The notes under the pieces are model-generated. The model was given only the letters and a program-made list of their open reading frames with translations. It made no database searches and had not been told where the DNA came from. A program made the translations under genes and the position numbers. Shown piece by piece: positions 18,901 to 28,500 of a stretch of 64,000 nucleotides of DNA (positions are counted from its first letter, which is position 1; each line of letters opens with the position of its first letter). Source of the stretch: Nannocystis bainbridge (GTDB taxonomy: Bacteria > Myxococcota_A > Polyangia > Nannocystales > Nannocystaceae). The stretch lies in contig NZ_JAQNDL010000003.1 of NCBI RefSeq assembly GCF_028368995.1, positions 32,001 through 96,000 on the forward strand, read 5' to 3'.

Positions 18901-21205
18901 CGGCCGGCTGGCGCTGCAATTGCTAGAGCGCTTCACGTCGACCGAGGTCGCCAGCCGCGTGCACTTCATGGTCGGCTTCTACACCGGCCACACCCGCCCG
19001 CTGCGCGACAGCCTGCACCACCTCCACCAGGCCCGCGTGCTCGGGCTCGAGACGGGCGACTTCATGTACGCCTCGCAAGGGGCGGTGTTCCACGCGCTGG
19101 CCAACCTGCGCCGCGGCGAGGACCTGTCGGCGGTCCGCGAGGAGATCGATCAAGGCCTGGCGCTGATGGTCCGCACGCGCGACGCGATGTCGACCGCGCA
19201 GCTGGTGCTGCTCGGCAACGTGGTCGACGCGCTGCAGCACGAGCAGTGGTTCCACGGGCCGCTGGTCGGCGACAACGAGGGCGAGACCGAGTGGCTGCGC
19301 GGGGTCGACGCGAGCGGGCTCGTGATCGTCCGCTTCCTCCATCACGTCAGCAAGCTGATGACGGCGACGCTGTTCGAGGCGTACCCGGAGGCGCTGGCGC
19401 TGGCCGCCGCGGCCCAGCCGTTCATGGCGGTCGCCGTCGGCGGGCCGCACACCGCCGACCTGCCGTTTTACGCCGCGCTGGCGCTGGCGGCCAGCCACGC
19501 GACCGCGGCCGACGAGGCCGAGCGCGCGGCGCTGATGGCCCAGCTGCTGGCGCACCGGGCGACCACGGCCCAGTGGGCGCTGCTGTGCCCCGAGAACGAG
19601 CAGCACCGCCTGCACATCCTCGACGCCGAGATCGCCCGCATCCGCGGCCAGGACCTGGTCGCGCTCGACGAGTACGACCGCGCGATCGAGTGGGCCCGCC
19701 GCAGCCAGTTCATCCACCACGAGGCGATCGCCAACGAGCTGTGCGGCCGCTTCCACCAGGCCCGCGGCCGGGCCCAGATCGCCCGCGTGTACCTCGGCCA
19801 GGCCCGCTACGGCTACGAGCGCTGGGGCGCGCTGGCGAAGGTGCGCGCGCTCGACGTCAAGTACCCGCACCTGGCCGCCCGCGCCGAGAGCGTCGGCACG
19901 ACGATCACCGCCAGCAGCAACCGCGCGCTCATCACCAGCTCGCTGTCGACCACCGGCAACCAGGGCCTGGACCTCACCAGCGTGATCAAGGCCGCGCAGG
20001 CGCTGACGGCCGAGATCGCGGTCGAGCCGCTGCTCGAGAAGATCATCCAGATCATGATCGAGAACGCCGGGGCCCGCCGCGGCGTGCTGCTGCTCGAGCG
20101 CGAGGGCCAGCTGAGCGTGGTCGCCGAGTCGTCGGTCGACACCGGGTCATACACGCTGAAGCAGCCGCTGCCGCTGGCCGAGGCGGCGTCGGTGCCGGTG
20201 TCGATCGTCAACTACGTGGTCCACACCACCGACAGCGTGGTGCTCGAGGACGCCGCCCGCGCCGGGCCGTTCACCACCGACACGTACGTGGCCCGCAGCG
20301 GGATGCGCTCGGTGCTGTGCACGCCGCTGGTCCACCAGACCAAGCTGACCGGGGTGCTGTACCTCGAGAACGAGCTGATCCCGTCGGTGTTCCCCGAGGC
20401 CCGGCTGCACACGCTCAAGCTGATCGCGTCGCAGGCGGCGATCTCGATCGAGAACGCCAACCTGTACGCGAACATGGAGCGGCTGGTGCAGAAGCGCACC
20501 GACGAGCTGCACCGCGTCAATCAATCGCTGACGGCCAGCAACGCCGAGCTCGACGCGTTCGCCCGCACGGTCGCCCACGACCTCAAGAACCCGCTCGGGG
20601 CGATGGTCGGCTACTCGGAGTACCTGCTCGAGCACATCGACGAGGTCGACTCCGACGAGGTCGAACGCGTGGTCGAGAACATCCGCCGGGCGTCGCACAC
20701 GGCCACCAACATCATCGACGAGCTGCTGCTGCTGGCCGGAGTGCGCAAGCAGCAGATCCAGACCAGCCGCCTCGACATGGCGGCGATCATGCGCCAGGTC
20801 GAGCAGCGCATGGACTACATGCTGCGCGAGTACGGCGGCGAGATCGCGGCGCCCCAGGCGTGGCCGTCGGCGCTCGGCTACGCGCCGTGGATCGAAGAGG
20901 CGTGGACGAACTACATCAGCAACGGGCTGAAGTACGGCGGGTCGCCGCCGCGGCTGCAGCTCGGCGCCGACGCGATCGAGGGCAAGGTCCGCTTCTGGGT
21001 CCGCGACAACGGGCCAGGCATCGACCAGGAGGCGCAAGCGAAGCTGTTCGCGGAGTTCTCCCGGCTCGATACGGTGCGCGCGGAAGGCCACGGGTTGGGG
21101 CTGTCGATCGTGCGCCGCATCATCGAGCGCCTGGGCGGCAGCGTGGGGGTCGAGAGCGAACTCGGCGGCGGCAGCCTGTTCTTCTTCACGCTGCCAGCTG
21201 CGTGA
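15947..21205 (+). CDS. Ser/Thr kinase + AAA ATPase + helical region + GAF + histidine kinase (multi-sensor hybrid kinase)
   Basis: HKDIKPHN, DFG, YMSPEQ; P-loop GGAGVGKS; LDDLQWAD; GNPFF; GAF (SVLCTPL...GVLYLEN); H-box AHDLKNPL, DNGPGI, GHGLGL. Confidence 0.95.
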   Translation: MDASPRFSLKQRLHEGQNSIIFRGVREDEQTPVVIKVLKGEYPSPRALRQLRREFVTLRELEVPGVVRVYSLENYGNGLALVMEDDGGVPLSDVIHGEALQLRRALELGVALADTLARLHARAIIHKDIKPHNILVNSTTGSVKLIDFGIATNLAHETAQVSSPEALEGTLMYMSPEQSGRVNRIVDQRTDLYSLGVTLYEMLTGAVPFNANDAMELVHSHIARTPVPPWVRTPTVPRAVSDIVMKLLAKGPEDRYQHALGLSADLARCLAALDETGEIEAFELGQRDRADVLRIPQKLYGREADIRALTEAFGRVQDGRPELVLVGGGAGVGKSMLAHEVHRVIARGGGRFVTGKFDLVQRNIPFSALAAALSDLLRQLLTESSRTLAEWRTRIQLAVGSSGQLVVDLVPELERILGKQPPLPPLRPTESQNRFGLVMQNFVRALCPRTSPLVIFLDDLQWADAGSLSLLRLILTDPDGGHLLLVGAYRDGEVDLAHPLRATVTQLRKDGVALTELALGPLDRASVRALLAETLLRERPGSPPPREEVERLESLATLVFDKTHGNPFFLTQFLTMLHRNGQIRFDATTGGWAWDTAAVAAAPITENVAELMSERLREFPGDTQRLLAVAACVGHEFDVVTLARIAERSTGRVAATLWPALQAGLVVPLDSNYRLLEAIDDGAPEANETVELVVACRFLHDRVQQAALSLSTPEALHEVHLRIGRSLQAAHVGELRGDALFDVVRHLNAGAPRLDDPGERLHLARANLEAARAAKRATAYAAGAAFASAGIAVLPTDAWDSQYALTLALHREQAECDYMCGRVDRADAKLADLIGRARSPVEQADLFALRVMLLSSQGRFAEGLAASRVGLQQFGELLPETPEATMATFGAVYGEIEATLAGRTVESLADAPAMRDPAHSAVLRLLNEAFGAGFVVDARLGSVVILKHVLLSLTRGPGELSAFGYATFGYLLVGPLGRPADALRYGRLALQLLERFTSTEVASRVHFMVGFYTGHTRPLRDSLHHLHQARVLGLETGDFMYASQGAVFHALANLRRGEDLSAVREEIDQGLALMVRTRDAMSTAQLVLLGNVVDALQHEQWFHGPLVGDNEGETEWLRGVDASGLVIVRFLHHVSKLMTATLFEAYPEALALAAAAQPFMAVAVGGPHTADLPFYAALALAASHATAADEAERAALMAQLLAHRATTAQWALLCPENEQHRLHILDAEIARIRGQDLVALDEYDRAIEWARRSQFIHHEAIANELCGRFHQARGRAQIARVYLGQARYGYERWGALAKVRALDVKYPHLAARAESVGTTITASSNRALITSSLSTTGNQGLDLTSVIKAAQALTAEIAVEPLLEKIIQIMIENAGARRGVLLLEREGQLSVVAESSVDTGSYTLKQPLPLAEAASVPVSIVNYVVHTTDSVVLEDAARAGPFTTDTYVARSGMRSVLCTPLVHQTKLTGVLYLENELIPSVFPEARLHTLKLIASQAAISIENANLYANMERLVQKRTDELHRVNQSLTASNAELDAFARTVAHDLKNPLGAMVGYSEYLLEHIDEVDSDEVERVVENIRRASHTATNIIDELLLLAGVRKQQIQTSRLDMAAIMRQVEQRMDYMLREYGGEIAAPQAWPSALGYAPWIEEAWTNYISNGLKYGGSPPRLQLGADAIEGKVRFWVRDNGPGIDQEAQAKLFAEFSRLDTVRAEGHGLGLSIVRRIIERLGGSVGVESELGGGSLFFFTLPAA

Positions 21206-21206
21206 G

Positions 21207-21403
21207 GCGGGCTCTCGCTGCGCGGGCGGGCTCGCTTGCTGCGGCGGGCGGCATCGGGCTCTCGGTGCGGCGGGCTCTTGCTGCGCGGGTGGTTCAGGAT
21301 GCCCGGCAGGCTCGGGGCCTTGCTGCGCGGGCGGGCCCGAGCTCTTGCTTCGCGGGCGGGCTCGAGCTCTTGCTTCGCGGGGGGCTCGAGCTCTTGCTTC
21401 GCG
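21207..21403. repeat. Degenerate 24-25-bp tandem repeat (CGCGGGCGGGCTCGAGCTCTTGCTT)
   Basis: Clear units at 21326, 21351 and 21376, with decayed copies back to ~21207. Confidence 0.75.
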
Positions 21404-21425
21404 AATTGCCGACCGCGCCTCGCGG

Positions 21426-21526
21426 GGGGTTCGGGGAAGGGCCGGCCGCGAGTTAACCGGCAGATGGATGCTCGTTCCTCGCACCCATCCCGCCTCTAAT
21501 TCGCGGCCGGCCCTTCCCCGAACCCC
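21426..21526. repeat. ~100-bp palindromic REP/MITE-like element
   Basis: 30-bp arms GGGGTTCGGGGAAGGGCCGGCCGCGAGTTA (21426-21455) and TAATTCGCGGCCGGCCCTTCCCCGAACCCC (21497-21526) with one mismatch; the inner GATGG/CCATC extends the stem. Confidence 0.85.
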
Positions 21527-21738
21527 TTGCACGGCTGCAGCCGTGAGAGGCCGACTCGCCGTCGTCGGCTCCGCTGCGGGATTGTGTTCGCGGAGATCGT
21601 GGGGCGCCTGTTCGACGGCCAGGACTGGCCGCCGAACAGACGCTTTCTCGCGTCAATAACGGCGTGTCTCCCCGCGCGGCGAGGTCTGCCGCGTCCGCGG
21701 CGCTCCTCTTCGTGTCGCGAGGCCTCCGCGTGCCCGGC

Positions 21739-22270
21739 GACTCTCACCGCGCAACGACGGGTCTCGCGTGCAGGCGACTCTCTTCACGCGACGATGTCTC
21801 TCGCGTTGCACGACGACTCTCTTCGCGCGACGAGGCTTCCCGTGCACGTTGACTCTCGGCGCGCGACTTCCCGTGCGTGCACGACGACCCTCTTCGCGCG
21901 ACGAGGCCTCCCGTGCACGATGACTCTCGGCGCGTGACGACTTCCCGTGCGTGCACGACGACCCTCTTCGCGCGACGACATCTCTCGCGCACGACGACTC
22001 TCTTCGCGCGCCGATGCCTCCCGCGTGCACCGCAATTCTCTTCGCGCGACGACGGCTCCTGCGTGCCCCATGACTCCCTTCGCGCGCCGATGCCTCCCGC
22101 GTGTACGGCAACTCTCTTCGCGGGACGACGGCTCCTGCGTGCCCCGTGACTCTCTTCGCGCGCCGATGCCTCCCGCGTGTACGGCAACTCTCTTCGCGGG
22201 ACGACGGCTCCTGCGTGCCCCGTGACTCTCTTCGCGCGACGACGTCTTCCGCGCGCGACGACGACTCGCG
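21739..22270. repeat. Tandem array of ~15 units of 35-39 bp with core ACTCTCTTCGCGCG
   Basis: Core A at 21740, 21777, 21816, 21852, 21887, 21923, 21961, 21997, 22035, 22073, 22111, 22149, 22187, 22225 and 22264. Alternating A/B units form a 76-bp higher-order repeat at the 3' end. Confidence 0.9.
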
Positions 22271-22359
22271 CCTCACGGCTCTCATGCATGGCCGCAGGGC
22301 TTCAGAGCCGCTCAGCCGCTGTCATGAGCGCATGGGCCCGCCGGAGCGCGTGCGAGCCG

Positions 22360-22884
22360 TCAGCGGGCGCGTACGCCGTAGAGGAAGCGGGCGTAGCCGA
22401 TCTCGGCGGCGTTCTTCATCAGCTCGACGTTGGCCCACGCGAGCACGTCGGCGAATGGGCGGTCCGGGAACGGCCAGCGGGTGCGCTGCGGGGAGCGCAG
22501 GTCGTCGTCGTCGAGCGCCTCGACGGCGGCGCGCCAGCTCGACTGGAGGCGGCCGAGCCGTTCGCGCACGCTCTCGGCGTCGCCGGGCCAGGCGACGTCC
22601 TCGCGCATCAGCGTGGCGGCGCCGAAGGAGTGGTCGAGCGCCATCGACCACCAGAAGCCGATGTGCCAGGTCAGCCAGGCGATGCTCGGCGGGCCGATGT
22701 CGTAACCCTCGTGCTCGGGCCAGTCGGCGCGCCAGCGGCCATCGACCGCGCGGTGGACGTGCAACCCGACGTGCGCCGGTCGCCACAGGCACTCCTCCGT
22801 GGTGAGGCCGTCGAGGTGATACTGGGCCAGCATCCACGCGGTGTCGAGCTGCCGCAGCAGGATGTCGCGGGCTTCGGTGGGCAT
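22360..22884 (-). CDS. DinB family protein
   Basis: LDGLTTEECLWRP, PPSIAWLTWHIGFWW, ELMKNAAEIG. Confidence 0.88.
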   Translation of the reverse strand: MPTEARDILLRQLDTAWMLAQYHLDGLTTEECLWRPAHVGLHVHRAVDGRWRADWPEHEGYDIGPPSIAWLTWHIGFWWSMALDHSFGAATLMREDVAWPGDAESVRERLGRLQSSWRAAVEALDDDDLRSPQRTRWPFPDRPFADVLAWANVELMKNAAEIGYARFLYGVRAR

Positions 22885-23297
22885 CGCCGGAGATCTTCGA
22901 GAAGAGCGCCGCAGAAATCAAGCCGGCGCACCGGCGACGCCAAAAGACGGCACATCCCTCCTGTGCGCGAGGCCTGCCCTGCCGGCCCTCGATTCATGAA
23001 TCCGATGGCCGCAGGCAGGCCCGTGCAGGGCTCGCGGATGAGATGTCCCGAGAGACAGATCGTGATTCAAGCCCGAGCACACCGTCGCGGCCCGACGCAG
23101 CGGTCCTCGACCGACACGACCGTGCCGCTGATCTCGCGGGCCTCAGCAGCGCCCTCTCACCCACGCGGCCGTCTCGCGGTCTCGGCCCGCCCGCCCGCGT
23201 GACAGCCCCACTGGCTCGCTGGCCTCGACAGCGCTCCTCTGACGACACGGCGTCGCGCCCGTCCTCGCGGTCCTCGGCCGCGCCGGCGCGGCGAGCC

Positions 23298-24545
23298 TCA
23301 GCCCAGCTCCACGTAGTTGCCGGGCACGGCGGGTGGCAGCATGGCGCCGTCGCGTAGCATCGAGAACAGCAGCTCCATGGTGTTCGCGCCGTGCGACTCG
23401 ACGACGCGGCGGCCGTATGTGCCCGTGCCGATGTAGTAGCGCCGATCGGGCGAGACGATCGCGTCGAGGACCATGCGTCCTTCGTCATCGCGCAGCTCGA
23501 CTTGCTCCCACCCGAGCGCCGTGCAGACCCGCTCGCCCCAGGCCGCCCCGACCACGCGGTGAAACCTGCGCTGCGCGAACTCGCCAGCGATGAACCGATC
23601 GACCCGCGCCGCGAGCTCGCGGATCGCCGCGACCGGATCGGCAGGCGGTAACGCGTCGAACGCCCGCCAATCGAGCTCCTCGATCGCAGCCGGCACGCGC
23701 GCACGGGACCGCTCGCGCAACCTCCCGCCCGGCACGACCCGCTCCCACCCGCCCTCCGACGACCACGTCGCCTGCGCCACCCTGGTCGAGCGCCCCGCGA
23801 CCTTCTTCGCCGCCTGCGCCGTGCTTCTCGCGGCCTTCTTCGTCCCCGAGCGGTTCGTCGTCCTCCCCGCGGCGTTCTTCACCGACGACTTCCTCGTCGT
23901 GCTTCCCGCGGCCTCCTTCGCCGACGACTTCTGCGCCGTACTCTCCGCAACTTTTTTCGCCGACGACTTCTGCGCCGTACTCTCCGCGCCCTTCTTCGCC
24001 GGCGAGCTCTTCGTCGTGCTTACCGCAGTCTTCTTCGCCGCCGCCGTCTTCGCCGTACTTCCCGCGGTCTCCTGCGACGACGCCTTCTTCGTCGTACTTC
24101 CCGCGGTCTTCTTCGTCGACGACTTCTTCGTCGTCCTCCCCGCGGCCCCCTTCGCCGCCCCCTTCTTCGTCGTCCTCCCCGCGGCCCTCTTCGCCGCCGA
24201 CGTCTTCGTCGCGCCCCCCGCGGCCTTCTTCGCCGCCGACGTCTTCGTCACGCGCCCCGCGGCCTTCTTCGCAGCCGTCGTCTTCGTCGCGGCGCTTCCC
24301 GCGGCCTTCTTCGCAGCCGACGACCTCTTCGCCGTGCGTCCTGTCTTCTTGTGTGCCGACGACTTCTTCGCCGCGCTTCCCACGGCCTTCTTCTCCGACG
24401 ACCGCTTCGCCGCACTCCCCGCCCCAACTGTCTGCGGCGACCCCCCCGCGGCCTTCTCCGTGCCGGTCTCGCGCTCCGCCGAATGTCGCCTCGCTGCCCT
24501 CTTCGCACCAGCCGCGGGCTTCTTCTGCGTCGCCGTCGTCTTCAC
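23298..24545 (-). CDS. Histone H1-like Lys/Ala/Thr/Ser repeat protein with a C-terminal globular domain
   Basis: ~13-aa repeats (AAKKAAGRTTKKS-like) over ~230 aa, then ~150 aa of globular sequence (GAAWGE...IVSPDR...NTMELLFSML...PGNY). Start taken as GTG 24545 with GGAG 5 nt upstream; start uncertain. Confidence 0.75.
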   Translation of the reverse strand: MKTTATQKKPAAGAKRAARRHSAERETGTEKAAGGSPQTVGAGSAAKRSSEKKAVGSAAKKSSAHKKTGRTAKRSSAAKKAAGSAATKTTAAKKAAGRVTKTSAAKKAAGGATKTSAAKRAAGRTTKKGAAKGAAGRTTKKSSTKKTAGSTTKKASSQETAGSTAKTAAAKKTAVSTTKSSPAKKGAESTAQKSSAKKVAESTAQKSSAKEAAGSTTRKSSVKNAAGRTTNRSGTKKAARSTAQAAKKVAGRSTRVAQATWSSEGGWERVVPGGRLRERSRARVPAAIEELDWRAFDALPPADPVAAIRELAARVDRFIAGEFAQRRFHRVVGAAWGERVCTALGWEQVELRDDEGRMVLDAIVSPDRRYYIGTGTYGRRVVESHGANTMELLFSMLRDGAMLPPAVPGNYVELG

Positions 24546-25292
24546 GCCTGCTCCACTCCTCGTCGTCGTCTTCAAATCGTCTCGCGCCCCGTCGTCTTCT
24601 TCATCGCTGATTTCCTCGCCGTTGTCTCGCACCCTGGTTCGCGCCAGCAGTCGCGCTTCCGCAGTGAACCTCGCACACCTCCGCCCCGGACGCTCCGCTG
24701 AGCGCACGCGGGTCGGCGGCGGTCGACTCGCCGCAGTCGAGCATCAAGCGACCTGGATCTCCACAGACTGCCCGCCGACCGAGTGAGGGCACAGCTCTCG
24801 ACCGCGCGACACTTGCCGCAAGAACCATCCGGCCTGGACGTCTCGCATCGCTATCTGTCTTCAAAGACAGCTCACGCCGACCTACGCAACCCAGCACGCG
24901 GCACGAAGAACCAACTCGGTTCATGCCCCCAGGCACACCGGGCCTGAGCGATGCACCCGCTCGATCTGGCCTGGCTTCGAGAAGCCATCACGAGCACGAG
25001 GGGTCTGCAGAACTGATCTGTCCTTTCGAACAGCCCTATCCCGAACGGTCTCCGCCCGGCGAAGCGCGGGGCTCGCGACGATCCTCGCAGGCGGGCACGG
25101 AGCGGCGGAGTGGGACGCAGGTGGGACGGAGCCTGTTTCACCGCGCGCAGGCGCCAACGCTCGCCGTTCACGCCCTGGCCTGCGCGCTGGCCGATCTGCC
25201 TTCAAGGACAGATGGCGCCGAGCACGTGAGGGCGCCCGCCGTCGCGAGGGACCCACTCCGCCGCTCCGTGCCCGCCGTCACCCGGTTCTCCG

Positions 25293-25447
25293 CGCCCCGC
25301 GCCCCCGCACACGCCCCGTTCCTCGCCCCTCGCCAAACTCGCCCCGCGCCCCCGTACACGCCCCGTTCCTCGACCCTCGCCAAACGCGCCCACGCCCCCG
25401 CACACGCCCCGTTCCCCGCCCCTCGCCAAACTCGCCCGCGCCCCCGC
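25293..25447. repeat. 47-bp C-rich tandem repeat (3 units plus a partial)
   Basis: Units start at 25293, 25340, 25387 and 25433 (CGCCCCGCGCCCCCGCACACGCCCCGTTCCTCGCCCCTCGCCAAACT). A (GACCGA)n microrepeat follows near 25517-25545. Confidence 0.85.
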
Positions 25448-25598
25448 TCCTCGACCCGCCGATCTCTCGAACACGCTCCATCACTCGACCGAGCCCCCGC
25501 ACACGCTCCGGCCCTCGACCGAGCCGAGACCGAGACCGAGACCGACCCCCGACCTCTCATGCGCGCGACTCCAGCTCTCCGGAGCCGCGCGCGCAGCC

Positions 25599-28500
25599 TC
25601 ACCGTCGCAGATGCCGGTCGATCAGCCGCGCCAGCGTCTCCACCCACGGCTCGTCCATCATCGTGAAGTGGTCGCCTGGAGTTCGGTACAGCGAGAACGG
25701 CCCTTCCACCAGGTCCAGCCAGTACATCCCTGCGTGTGTGTCGCGGGTGTCGCGTTGTTCGTTCGCTGCGAAGTACACCACCTCGGCCGCGATCGGCTGC
25801 GGCTTGTAGCGTTGCTCGGCCAGGCACGTCGCCAGCACGATCTGTCGCAGCGCTGCGTCCGTCTCGAGCGCCGCCACGAAGCTCTGGTACGACGGTGACT
25901 CGCACGAAGCGAACGCCTCGTGGCTGCGGAGGAAATCCTCGATCGTCAGGATCACGTCCTCGTACACTGCCGGCATCGACGGCGCATCCAGGATCAGCAG
26001 GCGCACCGTGTGGCCGCGGCTTTCCAGCTGGCGGGCCACCTCGTACGCCGTGATCCCGCCTGCCGAGTGCCCGCCCACGATGAACGGCCCCTCTGGTTGT
26101 TCGCGCAGGATCTCCGCCACATAGCGCTCGGCCATCGCGGGCACCTCGTCGAGCACTGGCTCGCCCGCGTCCGTGCCTGACGCTCGCACCCCGAAGATCG
26201 CCGCCCCGCCCGCATCCAGGTGGCGGCTCAGCGGCAGGTACGTGTACACCGTCCCCCCGATCGGCTGGACCAGGAAGATCGGCCGCGTCCCTGGCTTGCC
26301 TGGCCGCAGCGGCACCAGCAGCGAGCGCTCGCCCTCCTCTGCTCCCCCGCCGATCAGGCTGCGCAGCGCCGCCACGAACTCGGCGAAGTTCGGGTGCTCG
26401 AGCAGCGCGTGGACTGGCGTCGTCACCCCGAAGCGTTCGCGGACGCGGGCCCGGATCTTCACAGCCGTCAGCGACGTCCCGCCGAGGTCGAAGAAGTTGT
26501 CCGAATCGTGCACCCGCGTCACTCCCAGCGCCTCGCGCCAGATCTCCGCCACGATCGCCGCCAGCCCGTCGCGCGGCGCCTCCTCCCGCGCCTCGCTCGA
26601 GTTCGCCGCCGGCTCTGGCGTCGGGGCTGCAAGCACCAGCGTCGGCCCGGCCGGTCGCACCTCGATCGCGTGGCGCGTGCGCGCGAACGGGTACGTCGGC
26701 AGCGGCAGCTTGCGCCGCGGCTCCTCCCCCGCGAACGCTTGCCAGTCGATCGGCGCCCCTGCGCACCACAGCTGCCCGAGCGCCAGCAGCAGCGCCTCGA
26801 GCTCGCTGCGACCCGCGCGCGGGTGGGCCATCGCCGCCACCACCAGCCGGTCCGGCCCCGCATCCGGGTGATTGCGGATGAAGCTCGCCAGGTGCCCGCC
26901 CGGGCCCACCTCGAGGCACACCGTATCCGGGTCCGCGTGCAGCGTCGCCGTCCCGTCGGCGAAGCGGACCGTCTGGCGCAGGTGGCGGCCCCAGTAGCCC
27001 GGGTCGCACAGCTCCGCCCCGATCCACTCCCCCGTCATCCCCGACACCATCCGGATCTGCGGCGGCGAGAACTCCACCGCGCGCGCCCGCTCCACCAGTC
27101 GTTCGACCAGCGGCTCCATCAGCGCCGAGTGCGACGCCGTGGCGATCGGCAGTCGGCGGGCCTCGATGCCTGCCTCCACCAGCGCCGCCAGGAACGGCTC
27201 CATCGCCGTCATCGCCCCTGCCACCACGCACGACTCCGGCCCGTTGATGGCCGCCAGCGACAGCCCAGGCACCAGCCGCGCCGCCGCGGCCGCCGGCGCC
27301 AGCGGCACCGCCACCATCGCCGCCGGCGGGGCCGCGTCGCACAGCGCCCCGCGGATCGCCACCAGCGCCACCGCGTCGGCCAGCGAGAACACCCCCGCCA
27401 CCGCCGCCGCCACGTACTCCCCGAGGCTGTGGCCGAACAGCGCCGCCGGGCGCACGCCCCAGTCGATCAGCACCTGCGCCAGCGCGTACTCGACCGCGAA
27501 GATCGTCGCCATGTTGCGCGACGGCGCCAGCAGCCGCTGCTTCGCCGCCTCGTACCCGCCCGGCGGCGGATACATCGCCGTCCGGATGTCCTCCCCCAGC
27601 TCGGCCACGAACAGCTCCGCGCACGCGTCGAGGGCCGCGCGGAACACCGGCAGCTCCGCGTACAGCTCGCGGCCCATGTCGACGTGCTGACTACCGCCGC
27701 CGGGGAACACGAACACCACCTGCGGCGCGCGGGCGCGCACCTGCCCGCGGACCATCTGGCCCGGGCTGCGGCCGGCCAGGGCCGCCTGCGCCCCGGCCCC
27801 TTCGCGGCAGACCACCACCGCGCGCGCCGGCGCCAGCGCCGTCCGCTGCTGCAGCGTGTACGCCACGTCGGCCAGCGGCAGCGTCGGCCGCTCGCCCAGG
27901 TGCGCCGCCAGCAGCTCCGCGCGCGAGCCCAGGGCGGCGCTCGTGCGCGCCGACAGGGGCAACATCTGCCACGCCCGGCCCGGCCCGCCCGGCCCCGGGT
28001 TCGGCGCCGCCTCGAGCACCACGTGCGCATTCGTCCCGCCCACCCCGAACGCGCTCACCCCCGCGCGCCGCGGCCCTGCCTGCTCCGGCCACGCCACCGC
28101 CGTCGCCGGCACGAAGAACGGGCTCTCTGCCAGCCGCAGCTCCGGGCTCGGCGCCGTGAAGTGCAGCGTCCCCGGGATCTGGCCGCGCTCCAGCGCCAGC
28201 GTCGCCTTGATCAGCCCCGTCACCCCCGCCGCCGCGCTGAGGTGGCCCAGGTTGCTCTTGATCGATCCCAGCGCGCACCCGCCGATCCGCGCCTCCGCGG
28301 CCGCGAACACCCGCGTCAGCGCCGCGACCTCGATCGGGTCGCCCAGCCGCGTCGCCGTCCCGTGGGCCTCGACCAGCCCCACGCTCGCCGGCGACACCTC
28401 GGCCGCCGCGTAGGCCCGGCGCAGCACGTCGACCTGGCCCTGCAGCCCTGGCGCCGTGTAGCCGACCTTGTCCGCCCCGTCGTTGCCGATCGCCGAGCCG

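Noticed and set aside
21739-22270. CRISPR array
   Set aside because: The sequences between cores are similar or identical to each other, the period (35-39 bp) is too short for repeat plus spacer, and no cas genes are visible.
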